Of a stretch of DNA of 64,000 bases, positions 53,748-64,000 are shown in pieces. Made by a program: the position numbers and the translations under genes. Every line of letters starts with the position of its first letter. The stretch's first letter is position 1. Location of the stretch: the NCBI GenBank assembly GCA_000146045.2, contig BK006936.2, forward strand, positions 416,001-480,000. The letters run 5' to 3'. The notes beneath the pieces were generated by a model that saw only the letters and a program-made list of their open reading frames with translations, searched no databases and was not told where the DNA came from. Origin of the DNA: TPA_inf: Saccharomyces. Lineage: Eukaryota.

Positions 53748-56700
53748 TTAAGCTGCTGCGGAGCTTCCACGAGCACCAGCACCTGAAGCAACTAGACTTA
53801 TTTGCGCTTGAGTTAGTTCTATACTTGGCAGTGGAAGTTTGTCATTATGAGTTGGTGGAGGTAAAAATCCAACCTTGTTTAAAAATGCAATATATATACC
53901 AACCTCTTCTGGAGTAACACCTATTCCATTAGACCAATCAACACCTGTCCATGCGGTGTCTTTCTTTAAAGATGCCACGGCGTTCCTATCGTCTAGTTCC
54001 GGAGCTTTGGTACTTTCAGGTAAGTTGTCTAAGACCATGTGTAGCAAAGGATACAACGCATTTTCTTCATTCCTGTCAATAACAGACGCCTCCAATGATT
54101 TCTTCCATTTAGAATAGCTTTCGATTTCGACATCGTAACCATAATCGTGTAAAGTATACAAGTAGTCTTTGAATAATATTCTTGGGTGACCCGTTACTTG
54201 AGCAACGGCCAATTCATTTTCTTTGGGAGGATTCAAAGACGTAGCAACAACAACACGAGCAACATGATCTACTGGAACCATATTCACGGAATTTTCGATA
54301 TCTGGAATCTTACCTAATTGGACTGAACCTTTCAAAAATCTCAATAAGAAATCATCTGTGTTTGAAGAACCATTGGCAGAGGCACCTGTTACGTAACCTG
54401 GTCTGACAATACACCCACGTAGGCCCCTTTCACCTGCACGTCTAATGATGTACTCAGCAGCCCATTTGGACTGACCATATCCACCAGTGAGCCCGCTTGC
54501 AGAGTTCATTAAATCGTCTGATTCTAAAATGCCTGGCTTCCCTTCGCTAACAAGTTTATCTGACAAATTAAAGTAGTATTCAGTGTCAAGAGTAGAAGTG
54601 GAGGAAACAAAGTCAAAGAACTTTGGCTTGCCGACGGCGGCTAAGCTCATAACATTGATAGTTGAAATAACATTTGGATCCCTCAATTTGGCATATGGAT
54701 AAACCCAGTGAACTAACGCACCATTATGGATAATTATATCAACTGTGTTTGCCAAATCCATCCACTTCTCATCTGAAAGACCAAATTGGCTTTTAGATAA
54801 ATCGCCTAATACAACTTTAATATTTGAGGCAAATTTTTCGTTCCAAGTACCATAGGTGATACCTGCCTTTTGTAATCTTGCAAATGCAGCTTCTTCATCC
54901 TTGGCCCTGACGTGGGCAAACACTTTGAAACTGTAGTTCTTTGGAGAACGTCCTAACAAATCTGCAAGGATGTAGGAGCCCAGAAATCCTGTGACACCGG
55001 TAACAAACACATTAATTGTTGTTTTTCCTTCGGCACTATTAGGTTCAACAAAATATTCTCGAGAGGGGTACGAACTTGGTAGCGTCTCAACCAATTTCTT
55101 GGCGTCTTCCGCATAATTTGCAGTGACATTTTCGACGACCTCACCTTGAGATGATCCACCCGATGATTTAATTCTGTCAATTTCCGCGGCAAAGGCCTTT
55201 ATCGTTGGATACTTGAAAATTGTGCCCAATGGTAAATCAACTTGCAGCTTTTTCTTTAAGGTAAAAATCATTTTGGTAGCCAAGATAGAATGACCACCTA
55301 AATCGAAAAACGAATCATCTGGTGATACAGATGCTGGCTTGGTAGGTAATATACTTAACCATAAGTCTCTAACCTCGCGCTCAACATTGGTAAACTGAGA
55401 GTCGTCAGTTTCAGAAACTGTATTTTCAGCTACCAAATTTAATTGCTTGGGAGTTGGGAATTGAAGTTTAGGCTTATCAACTTTACCATTTGGATTCAAT
55501 GGTAGTTTATCCATAACCACAATCAAGGAAGGCATAGCATAGCTAGCCAATCTTTTCTTTAAGAAAGTCCTGATGTCCTTGGATAAAAGATGGTAACCGA
55601 TTAAGCCCTTAACTATAGGGTCAGTTTCAACCTCCTTTGGAACATCACTTTGGAACTTAGACAAGTCATCTGGCTTGTCAAATCTTGGGACCATAAATGT
55701 GATCAATGTTGGCTCATTGTCGGCATTTTTGCGAACTAAAGTAATGTTTTCTCTTACCAATGGATGTTGGGAAATGTGCGTATCTATTTCTCCTAATTCG
55801 ATTCTGAACCCACGAATTTTAACTTGATCATCAGCCCTACCGCAACATTCACAGTCACCGTTTGGTAGATAACGACCTAAATCACCCGTTCTGTACAATC
55901 TATCTCTTGGACCTAACCAGAATTGTCTCCAAGGTTCACCATTATCCTTATCCAAATAATTCCAGTGATCTTTTTCAACAAACCAGTTGTTCACAAATTT
56001 TTCTTTATTCAATTCTGGTAATCCTCTATAACCTTCGGCCAAACCACCTGCACGAACATAAATCTCACCTATTTCGCCAATACCACATATTTGAGTACGA
56101 TCGTTCCTGTTAACAACTAGTAGCTGAACGTTCAACATACCTTTACCAGCAGGCATGACATCTTTCAATTTTTTCAAAAAGTTTGGATCGTCATTTTTTG
56201 ATTTAACTTCGAAATAAGAAACTGCACGCTGTGTTTCAGTGGTACCGTACATATTAACAATACGGCAATTTTCTGCCAAGGTTTGTAACCTCAGACAATC
56301 ACGTTTTGTTAAAATGTCACCCACAAAGAACGCATGATGTAACTTAGGGAATGGTGTAGTAGCTTGGGCAGTAAGTAATTGACCCATGGCAGGTGTTAAA
56401 TGGGTAACTGTGCAACCATACTTACTCATCCATTCCGCTAAACGGCCCGGTGTACCAATATCATCTTGAGTAGGGACATACAATTGGGCACCTAAAAATA
56501 ATGGTGTAAACATATCTCTTTGAATTGGATCATGTGCAATACCGCTCAGCATTGTGAATTTATCATTTTCTGTTAAGTTGAACCTTTTGGACATCCAATT
56601 GAAATAATAAGCCAAGGAAAAATGTCTACCAAGAACACCCTTAGGAATACCTTCGGAACCAGATGTGAAAGATAGGGTTGGGTTGGAATCTGGTCCAACT

Positions 56701-57926
56701 ACAACACCTGTTCTGGTGTCTTTGTAGTGATCATATGGAGCCAAAACATCCTCGCCATTGTCCAATTTGCCACCTTCAATGGTACCATTTTCTTGAATAG
56801 CGATGGAATTGATTCTTGAAACAATCTCCAATTCATCATTGATGTAATCTTCTACTAGTTGATCCAATTGTCCAGCAGCTCTAATAACAATCAACCCACG
56901 TGGTTTAGCAACACCTAAGTAAATGGTTTGTCTGGCTGGGGGATATGCAGGGTCGATAACTGAAAAGGTTGCGCCGGCTTTCAAGACACCCATCACACAT
57001 ACCATCAAATCCACACCCCTAGAAGAATAGATCATCACTACATCACCTCTTTTGATACCTGTTTTAATCAAATAATGGGCAACTATGTTAGAAGTGCGGT
57101 TGATGTCGCGATAAGTGAAAGAACGGGACTTGTCGGAATTTAGTGTTGGAGTCTCCACAACACAGGTTCTCTCTGGGAAGGCTTCAGCATTGTCCTGGAA
57201 AATGTCGTGAATACACCCCACGAAATCGCACCAGCCCAAGTTCTTAGTTGGATCAGGTAAACTATCCTTGGATGATGCGGTGATCAGAGAGATTTTAGTT
57301 ATGCAATTGGATGGATCGCTTAGCGCAGCAGTCAAATATTGAGTAAATTGGTCCGCAACAATGGTTACTCTTTCATTCGAATACAGTAAGCTGTTATAAA
57401 TTAAGTTCAAAACATGCGCATTATTACTGGTATCCAAATTCAAAGCAAAGTCCACTAAATGATGCTTGAACTCGTCTAATTTGAAATCTTGGTTTTCCAA
57501 AAAGGCCAAACGGAACAACTGAGGGGTCCTTTCCAGATCTTGGCAACTTTGAATTTTTTCAGCTAGCTCGTCAAAGGAAAAATTGGCCTCAATAGAATTG
57601 AGCTTGTTCAACTCATTGTTAATTGTAGAATACAGCTCATTAAATGACCACGTTGGTTGAATATTGAATCTTAAGATTTTGTTATTCGCAATATAAAGAA
57701 CAATATCATCGTCACCGGTTACTCTATATATCAATGCAGCCCATACACTCAAAGCGACAGCGTATTTGTTAGAAAAACTATCATGAGGCACATCGAGCTG
57801 AGGTAGCTGTAACGAATATGTAGCTTGTTTCGTATAAGGTTCTTGTTGTGGGCGTAAAAAGTCATGTGGTAACACTGAAAGAGTTGGATTATCCAACTTC
57901 TCTATCCAGACCTTTTCGTTAGTCAT
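53748..57926 (-). CDS. LYS2: Alpha-aminoadipate reductase (lysine biosynthesis), NRPS-like adenylation-thiolation-reductase enzyme (1392 aa)
   Basis: The adenylation core reads FTSGSEGIPKGV. The phosphopantetheine site is DSFFDLGGHSILATK. The C-terminal NAD(P)H Rossmann motif is VFVTGVTGFLGSYIL. Confidence 0.95.
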   Translation of the reverse strand: MTNEKVWIEKLDNPTLSVLPHDFLRPQQEPYTKQATYSLQLPQLDVPHDSFSNKYAVALSVWAALIYRVTGDDDIVLYIANNKILRFNIQPTWSFNELYSTINNELNKLNSIEANFSFDELAEKIQSCQDLERTPQLFRLAFLENQDFKLDEFKHHLVDFALNLDTSNNAHVLNLIYNSLLYSNERVTIVADQFTQYLTAALSDPSNCITKISLITASSKDSLPDPTKNLGWCDFVGCIHDIFQDNAEAFPERTCVVETPTLNSDKSRSFTYRDINRTSNIVAHYLIKTGIKRGDVVMIYSSRGVDLMVCVMGVLKAGATFSVIDPAYPPARQTIYLGVAKPRGLIVIRAAGQLDQLVEDYINDELEIVSRINSIAIQENGTIEGGKLDNGEDVLAPYDHYKDTRTGVVVGPDSNPTLSFTSGSEGIPKGVLGRHFSLAYYFNWMSKRFNLTENDKFTMLSGIAHDPIQRDMFTPLFLGAQLYVPTQDDIGTPGRLAEWMSKYGCTVTHLTPAMGQLLTAQATTPFPKLHHAFFVGDILTKRDCLRLQTLAENCRIVNMYGTTETQRAVSYFEVKSKNDDPNFLKKLKDVMPAGKGMLNVQLLVVNRNDRTQICGIGEIGEIYVRAGGLAEGYRGLPELNKEKFVNNWFVEKDHWNYLDKDNGEPWRQFWLGPRDRLYRTGDLGRYLPNGDCECCGRADDQVKIRGFRIELGEIDTHISQHPLVRENITLVRKNADNEPTLITFMVPRFDKPDDLSKFQSDVPKEVETDPIVKGLIGYHLLSKDIRTFLKKRLASYAMPSLIVVMDKLPLNPNGKVDKPKLQFPTPKQLNLVAENTVSETDDSQFTNVEREVRDLWLSILPTKPASVSPDDSFFDLGGHSILATKMIFTLKKKLQVDLPLGTIFKYPTIKAFAAEIDRIKSSGGSSQGEVVENVTANYAEDAKKLVETLPSSYPSREYFVEPNSAEGKTTINVFVTGVTGFLGSYILADLLGRSPKNYSFKVFAHVRAKDEEAAFARLQKAGITYGTWNEKFASNIKVVLGDLSKSQFGLSDEKWMDLANTVDIIIHNGALVHWVYPYAKLRDPNVISTINVMSLAAVGKPKFFDFVSSTSTLDTEYYFNLSDKLVSEGKPGILESDDLMNSASGLTGGYGQSKWAAEYIIRRAGERGLRGCIVRPGYVTGASANGSSNTDDFLLRFLKGSVQLGKIPDIENSVNMVPVDHVARVVVATSLNPPKENELAVAQVTGHPRILFKDYLYTLHDYGYDVEIESYSKWKKSLEASVIDRNEENALYPLLHMVLDNLPESTKAPELDDRNAVASLKKDTAWTGVDWSNGIGVTPEEVGIYIAFLNKVGFLPPPTHNDKLPLPSIELTQAQISLVASGAGARGSSAAA

Positions 57927-58391
57927 TAGTGAGTAACTCTGTGATATCTCTCTATAATTAGCAGTTTTTCACTGAAATTCCAGGAAAGGTAATAAACTCA
58001 GATTTTTTTTTATACTATTGGCTGCTTGTTACTTATATATCTTGAACTTCTCCCAGCGGGTCTTCAAATACATTTGGGCGATGTTCATGTTCATTAGGCA
58101 GGTATTTCGACATTGAGTCACACGCGAAAAACCGCCGGAATTTTTTATGTAATTGCAAGTGGAATTCCGCTGGCAAAACTATTGAAGAGTTTTCCTCGCT
58201 AAAACTGTGCGATGCCTCTAGAAGCGGTCAGCAAGAAGAAAATCGAATAATCAGTTTCAATGAATATAGACGTAACAAAGGCACAAAAAAGAAAACAAGT
58301 ACATATGTCATACATATATATATATTTCAGGCAGCAAGTGACCATCAACCAGGAAGTGTGAAATAGCAAAGAACTGTTTACTTCTTCAGAC

Positions 58392-60437
58392 TTAGAAAGC
58401 TCTTCCCATAGGAGAAAGCAACTGCTTTCCTTTGTAGTAATTGATTGTCTTTTCAGCCCTTGACGCAACACCGTCCGCTGTGAAATCGAACAATTTGTAA
58501 ATTTCAGGCCCCTTGCCTGAACGACCAAATTCGTCGAGTCCGAACGATTGATGAGCATACTTACCCCAGCTTGAAGTAGCCAATACTTCAAAGGACATGA
58601 TCGGAACACCGTCTGGTAGAACAGAGAATCTGTATTCTTCACTTTGCCTGTCAAAAGTATAAAAGTCTGGCAGGGAAACAACTCTTGCTTTGATTTTTTT
58701 AGTATCGTACAATTTTTTGGCTGCATCTATAGAAATGGAGACTTCTGATCCTGTTGACACCAGGATAATATCAGGATTCTCCACGTCATGGATCACATAG
58801 CCACCCTTCAAGGCTTTTTCAAAAGAGGAATGCTCCAATTGAGGAAGATTCTGTCGTGATAAAGCCACAACAGATGGTGTTCGACCAGATTTGATAGCAG
58901 AATAATACGCAGCAGAAGTTTCGTTACCATCAGCAGGTCTCCATACATGCATGTTTGGAATAGCCCTCAAGTGAGCCAGAGTTTCAATAGGTTGGTGCGT
59001 TGGACCATCCTCACCAAGCCCGATAGAGTCATGTGTTGCAACCCAAATGACTGGATTACCAGACAAGGCGGCTAACCTAACGGCTCCTGCAGCATAAGAG
59101 ACGAAGTTCAAAAAGGTACCACCGTAAGGCTTGTAGTTTGCACCAAAGGCAGAGATACCGTTCATAATGGCACCCATTCCGTGTTCCCTCACACCGTATC
59201 TAATGTACCTTCCTGCATAGTTACCTAGTTGGGTAATGGGAGGTTGGAAATCTACCGCGCCTTCCCACCTTGTCAGATTCGAAGGTGTCAAATCGGCAGA
59301 ACCACCGATCAATTCAGGCAAAACTTGGACCATGTTCGTCAGCACCTGCTGGGATGTCTTTCTTGTTGCCAGAGCATCGTCGTCCGGAGTAAACTTCGGT
59401 AAATGCTTTTCCCAACCTTCCGGTAACTCACCATTCAATCTTCTTTGCAATTCTTTACCCTTCTCGGGAAATTTGGTTTTGTATTCTTCAAACATCCTAT
59501 CCCATTCCTCATTAAGTTTTTGACCGGGTTCCACAACAGTCTTCTTATAATAATCGTACACCTCTTGAGGTACTACAAATGATTTATTTGGGTCAAACCC
59601 CCACCTCTTCTTCAACTGTTTAACATCATCTGCCTTCAAAGCGGACCCATGAACACCAGCAGTACCCTGTTGTAGGGACCCAAATCCAATTGTAGTAGTT
59701 ACCTTGATTATGGTTGGCTTGTCCTTCGATAGTTTTGCCTTTTCCAAAGCGCTAGAAATGGATTCCATATCGTCGTCTCCTTTATCGACTTCCATGACTT
59801 CCCAACCATATGCCTCGTATCGCTTCAAAACATCTTCGTCGAACGAGTACGAGGTTTTACCGTCAATGGAAATGCTATTACTGTCATAAAACGTAATCAA
59901 GTTACCCAATTGCAGATGTCCCGCTAAGGAAGAGGTCTCCGAAGAAACACCCTCTTGTAAGCAACCATCCCCTACAATAGCAAACGTATATGAGTCGGAA
60001 ATGGGAAAGCCATCCTCGTTATAAGTGGCGGCAAAGTTGGCCTGCGCTATTGCCATACCAACAGCATTTGAGATACCCTGGCCTAGCGGACCGGAAGTGA
60101 TTTCCACTCCCGCTGAGTGGAATTCTGGATGACCCGGTGTCCTTGAGTTTACTTGTCTAAATTGTCTCAAGTCCTCGATAGAGTAATCGTATCCTAATAG
60201 ATGGAGCATTGAGTACAGAAGAGCGCATGAGTGACCGTTCGACAGAACAAACCTGTCTCTATTGATCCAATGTTCATTGTTAGGGTTACAGCGCAGTTGC
60301 TTGAAAATTACATGGGCAACTGGTGCCAATCCTAGTGGTGCACCTGGGTGGCCAGATTGTGCGCTTTCCACCTGGTCAACGGAAAGTAATCTTAAAGTGG
60401 AAACCGCAAGTTTATCAATGTCGGAGAACTGTGCCAT
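58392..60437 (-). CDS. TKL2: Transketolase (minor isozyme), 681 aa
   Basis: A TPP-dependent transketolase. It begins MAQFSDIDKLAVSTLRLLSVDQVESAQSGHPGAPLG and carries the transketolase signatures. The position next to TEF2 indicates TKL2 rather than TKL1. Confidence 0.9.
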   Translation of the reverse strand: MAQFSDIDKLAVSTLRLLSVDQVESAQSGHPGAPLGLAPVAHVIFKQLRCNPNNEHWINRDRFVLSNGHSCALLYSMLHLLGYDYSIEDLRQFRQVNSRTPGHPEFHSAGVEITSGPLGQGISNAVGMAIAQANFAATYNEDGFPISDSYTFAIVGDGCLQEGVSSETSSLAGHLQLGNLITFYDSNSISIDGKTSYSFDEDVLKRYEAYGWEVMEVDKGDDDMESISSALEKAKLSKDKPTIIKVTTTIGFGSLQQGTAGVHGSALKADDVKQLKKRWGFDPNKSFVVPQEVYDYYKKTVVEPGQKLNEEWDRMFEEYKTKFPEKGKELQRRLNGELPEGWEKHLPKFTPDDDALATRKTSQQVLTNMVQVLPELIGGSADLTPSNLTRWEGAVDFQPPITQLGNYAGRYIRYGVREHGMGAIMNGISAFGANYKPYGGTFLNFVSYAAGAVRLAALSGNPVIWVATHDSIGLGEDGPTHQPIETLAHLRAIPNMHVWRPADGNETSAAYYSAIKSGRTPSVVALSRQNLPQLEHSSFEKALKGGYVIHDVENPDIILVSTGSEVSISIDAAKKLYDTKKIKARVVSLPDFYTFDRQSEEYRFSVLPDGVPIMSFEVLATSSWGKYAHQSFGLDEFGRSGKGPEIYKLFDFTADGVASRAEKTINYYKGKQLLSPMGRAF

Positions 60438-61089
60438 TTTTTTGTTCTTTTTTTGATTAGTAAGGTATAATCGTCTACGTAGAGGTTACAAATCGAAGAC
60501 TACAGTAAGAGGGGACAAGCCAATTGAATATACGACTGAAATAAATGGAATAATTCTGCATTATTACACTCGTTTATATATCCAAACAGGTGATCTGGTA
60601 TTCTCTTGACAACGAATGAAGCTCCCTATATTCGACACTCCTTATTCAGGACTCCTCCCAACAAGGAGAAGTAGGTGTTCCTTGAGCTACCCTTTAAAGC
60701 TGGGGAGATGAGCTTGCCCTTCCTGTCATCGCCATTATGACGAGAAAAGTAAAACATGTAGAATAAGGTCCACCCAAACATGTCCGAGCAATGACGTTAT
60801 ATATCGTGTTCCCTGTTCAAAGCATGGCATATGTGCCATTAAAGGCGAATTTTTGTCCCTAGCAAAGGAGAGACAGCGAGCCACCATTAAGAAGTGACTT
60901 GAAAGCAAGCGAAAATAGCTACACATATATATCAATATATTGACCTATAAACCCAAAATGTGAAAGAAATTTGATAGGTCAAGATCAATGTAAACAATTA
61001 CTTTGTTATGTAGAGTTTTTTTAGCTACCTATATTCCACCATAACATCAATCATGCGGTTGCTGGTGTATTTACCAATAATGTTTAATG

Positions 61090-61110
61090 TATATATATAT
61101 ATATATATAT
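61090..61110. repeat. (TA)10 dinucleotide microsatellite in the TKL2/TEF2 intergenic region
   Basis: The sequence tatatatatatatatatatat was read directly. Confidence 0.85.
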
Positions 61111-61233
61111 GGGGCCGTATACTTACATATAGTAGATGTCAAGCGTAGGCGCTTCCCCTGCCGGCTGTGAGGGCGCCATAACCAAGGTATCTATAGACCG
61201 CCAATCAGCAAACTACCTCCGTACATTCATGTT

Positions 61234-61247
61234 GCACCCACACATTT
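61234..61247 (+). promoter_or_regulatory. Rap1-binding site (gCACCCACACATTT) about 430 bp upstream of TEF2; a second ACACCCAGAC half-match follows immediately
   Basis: It matches the Rap1 UASrpg consensus ACACCCRYACAYM. Translation-factor and ribosomal genes are Rap1-driven. Confidence 0.6.
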
Positions 61248-61670
61248 ATACACCCAGACCGCGACAAATTACCCATAAGGTTGTTTGTGACGGCGTCGTA
61301 CAAGAGAACGTGGGAACTTTTTAGGCTCACCAAAAAAGAAAGAAAAAATACGAGTTGCTGACAGAAGCCTCAAGAAAAAAAAAATTCTTCTTCGACTATG
61401 CTGGAGGCAGAGATGATCGAGCCGGTAGTTAACTATATATAGCTAAATTGGTTCCATCACCTTCTTTTCTGGTGTCGCTCCTTCTAGTGCTATTTCTGGC
61501 TTTTCCTATTTTTTTTTTTCCATTTTTCTTTCTCTCTTTCTAATATATAAATTCTCTTGCATTTTCTATTTTTCTCTCTATCTATTCTACTTGTTTATTC
61601 CCTTCAAGGTTTTTTTTTAAGGAGTACTTGTTTTTAGAATATACGGTCAACGAACTATAATTAACTAAAC

Positions 61671-63047
61671 ATGGGTAAAGAGAAGTCTCACATTAACGTT
61701 GTCGTTATCGGTCATGTCGATTCTGGTAAGTCTACCACTACCGGTCATTTGATTTACAAGTGTGGTGGTATTGACAAGAGAACCATCGAAAAGTTCGAAA
61801 AGGAAGCCGCTGAATTAGGTAAGGGTTCTTTCAAGTACGCTTGGGTTTTGGACAAGTTAAAGGCTGAAAGAGAAAGAGGTATCACTATCGATATTGCTTT
61901 GTGGAAGTTCGAAACTCCAAAGTACCAAGTTACCGTTATTGATGCTCCAGGTCACAGAGATTTCATCAAGAACATGATTACTGGTACTTCTCAAGCTGAC
62001 TGTGCTATCTTGATTATTGCTGGTGGTGTCGGTGAATTCGAAGCCGGTATCTCTAAGGATGGTCAAACCAGAGAACACGCTTTGTTGGCTTTCACCTTGG
62101 GTGTTAGACAATTGATTGTTGCTGTCAACAAGATGGACTCCGTCAAATGGGACGAATCCAGATTCCAAGAAATTGTCAAGGAAACCTCCAACTTTATCAA
62201 GAAGGTTGGTTACAACCCAAAGACTGTTCCATTCGTCCCAATCTCTGGTTGGAACGGTGACAACATGATTGAAGCTACCACCAACGCTCCATGGTACAAG
62301 GGTTGGGAAAAGGAAACCAAGGCCGGTGTCGTCAAGGGTAAGACTTTGTTGGAAGCCATTGACGCCATTGAACAACCATCTAGACCAACTGACAAGCCAT
62401 TGAGATTGCCATTGCAAGATGTTTACAAGATCGGTGGTATTGGTACTGTGCCAGTCGGTAGAGTTGAAACCGGTGTCATCAAGCCAGGTATGGTTGTTAC
62501 TTTCGCCCCAGCTGGTGTTACCACTGAAGTCAAGTCCGTTGAAATGCATCACGAACAATTGGAACAAGGTGTTCCAGGTGACAACGTTGGTTTCAACGTC
62601 AAGAACGTTTCCGTTAAGGAAATCAGAAGAGGTAACGTCTGTGGTGACGCTAAGAACGATCCACCAAAGGGTTGCGCTTCTTTCAACGCTACCGTCATTG
62701 TTTTGAACCATCCAGGTCAAATCTCTGCTGGTTACTCTCCAGTTTTGGATTGTCACACTGCTCACATTGCTTGTAGATTCGACGAATTGTTGGAAAAGAA
62801 CGACAGAAGATCTGGTAAGAAGTTGGAAGACCATCCAAAGTTCTTGAAGTCCGGTGACGCTGCTTTGGTCAAGTTCGTTCCATCTAAGCCAATGTGTGTT
62901 GAAGCTTTCAGTGAATACCCACCATTAGGTAGATTCGCTGTCAGAGACATGAGACAAACTGTCGCTGTCGGTGTTATCAAGTCTGTTGACAAGACTGAAA
63001 AGGCCGCTAAGGTTACCAAGGCTGCTCAAAAGGCTGCTAAGAAATAA
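61671..63047 (+). CDS. TEF2: Translation elongation factor 1-alpha (458 aa)
   Basis: The ORF begins [82 protein letters not shown]. It shows extreme codon bias. The position next to TKL2 and MUD1 indicates the TEF2 copy. Confidence 0.95.
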
Positions 63048-63337
63048 GAGTAATAATTATTGCTTCCATATAATATTTTTATATACCTCTTATTTTTATG
63101 TATTAGTTAATTAAGTATTTTTATCTATCTGCTTATCATTTTCTTTTCATATAGGGGGGGTTGGTGTTTTCTTGCCCATCAGATTGATGTCCTCCAACTC
63201 GGCACTATTTTACAAAGGGTTTTTTTGTAAGAGAAGGAGAAGACAGATACTAAACCATACGTTACTCGAAACAAAAAAAAAAAAAATGGAAAAAGCTGCT
63301 ATCAACAAAAGACGGCCTCATCAAACCTAAAGAAACC

Positions 63338-64000
63338 ATGTCAGCGTATGTATATACCTTGTAATTTACGTTTCCTTAAATCTTCTTTCTACTAACGTTT
63401 TCATTATTCTATACTCTATGACCAATAAAAACAGACTGTACTTTCAAAATTTACCCAGTAGGCCAGCAAATAAAGAAAATTATACCAGATTACTTCTGAA
63501 ACACATTAATCCCAACAACAAGTATGCCATTAATCCGTCGCTACCCCTTCCCCACAATAAATTACAAATATCATCACAACCGCTGATGTTACTAGATGAT
63601 CAAATGGGCCTTCTTGAAGTTTCTATTTCAAGATCATCAAAGATGACTAACCAAGCATTTTTAACGTTTGTCACTCAAGAAGAAGCAGACCGGTTTCTAG
63701 AAAAATACACGACAACAGCATTAAAAGTTCAAGGTCGTAAAGTGAGAATGGGAAAGGCTCGAACAAATTCGTTATTGGGTCTTTCAATAGAAATGCAAAA
63801 AAAAAAAGGTAATGACGAAACGTACAACCTTGATATAAAGAAGGTGCTTAAAGCAAGGAAACTTAAACGCAAGTTACGTAGTGATGATATATGCGCCAAA
63901 AAGTTCAGGCTTAAAAGGCAAATAAGACGCCTGAAGCATAAGCTGAGATCAAGAAAGGTAGAGGAGGCTGAGATTGATAGGATTGTAAAAGAATTTGAAA
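63338..64000 (+). CDS. MUD1: U1 snRNP protein A (U1A homologue), spliced, 3'-truncated at window edge: join(63338..63345,63435..>64000)
   Basis: Exon 1 is only 8 nt (ATGTCAGC). The 5' splice site GTATGT is at 63346. The branchpoint TACTAAC is at 63390..63396. The 3' splice site ACAG ends at 63434. Exon 2 continues in frame as (S)ALYFQNLPSRPANKENYTRLL. Confidence 0.8.
63346..63434 (+). other. MUD1 intron (89 nt) immediately after an 8-nt first exon
   Basis: GTATGT, TACTAAC and CAG were read directly. The frame is restored across the junction. Confidence 0.8.

Noticed and set aside
58199-58726. 175-aa minus-strand ORF overlapping the 3' end of TKL2 (YBR116C-like)
   Set aside because: It overlaps the TKL2 C-terminal coding region in another frame, and there is no independent evidence for it. 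It is a dubious ORF.
61857-62834. 325-aa antisense ORF inside TEF2
   Set aside because: It is an artefact of the codon bias of TEF2, and its translation is low-complexity.

Overview
This window reads as a typical gene-dense stretch of the Saccharomyces cerevisiae chromosome II right arm, running from the 3' part of AAC3 (YBR085W) to the 5' end of MUD1 (YBR119W). Gene calls rest on recognising the translated products by sight; no database search was run. I did not find a novel or undescribed system.

About 34 protein-coding genes are present on both strands, most of them intronless. The recognisable ones, in order, are: AAC3, YBR085C-A, IST2, RFC5, POL30, NHP6B, YBR090C, TIM12, the PHO3/PHO5 tandem pair, PBY1, RXT2, YBR096W, VPS15, MMS4, FES1, EXO84, SIF2, YMC2, VID24, PHO88, IML3, AIM3, CMD1, ALG1, YSA1, SUS1, CYC8, RAD16, LYS2, TKL2, TEF2 and MUD1. 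Three loci are spliced: SUS1 (two introns with non-canonical signals), MUD1 (8-nt first exon), and YBR090C/NHP6B (a shared intron with overlapping coding regions).

Several supplied ORF starts are non-ATG (TTG or GTG) or lie upstream of the real ATG, so I trimmed those genes to internal ATGs. No tRNA, rRNA, transposon LTR or CRISPR array is visible in the sequence.

The points that deserve a second look are:
- the YBR090C/NHP6B nested and overlapping spliced arrangement;
- the PHO3/PHO5 tandem duplication and the PHO5 promoter elements;
- the unusual SUS1 splice signals;
- the coding repeats in CYC8, AIM3 and IST2;
- motif clusters in several promoters;
- a 2-kb interval with no ORF downstream of AAC3.
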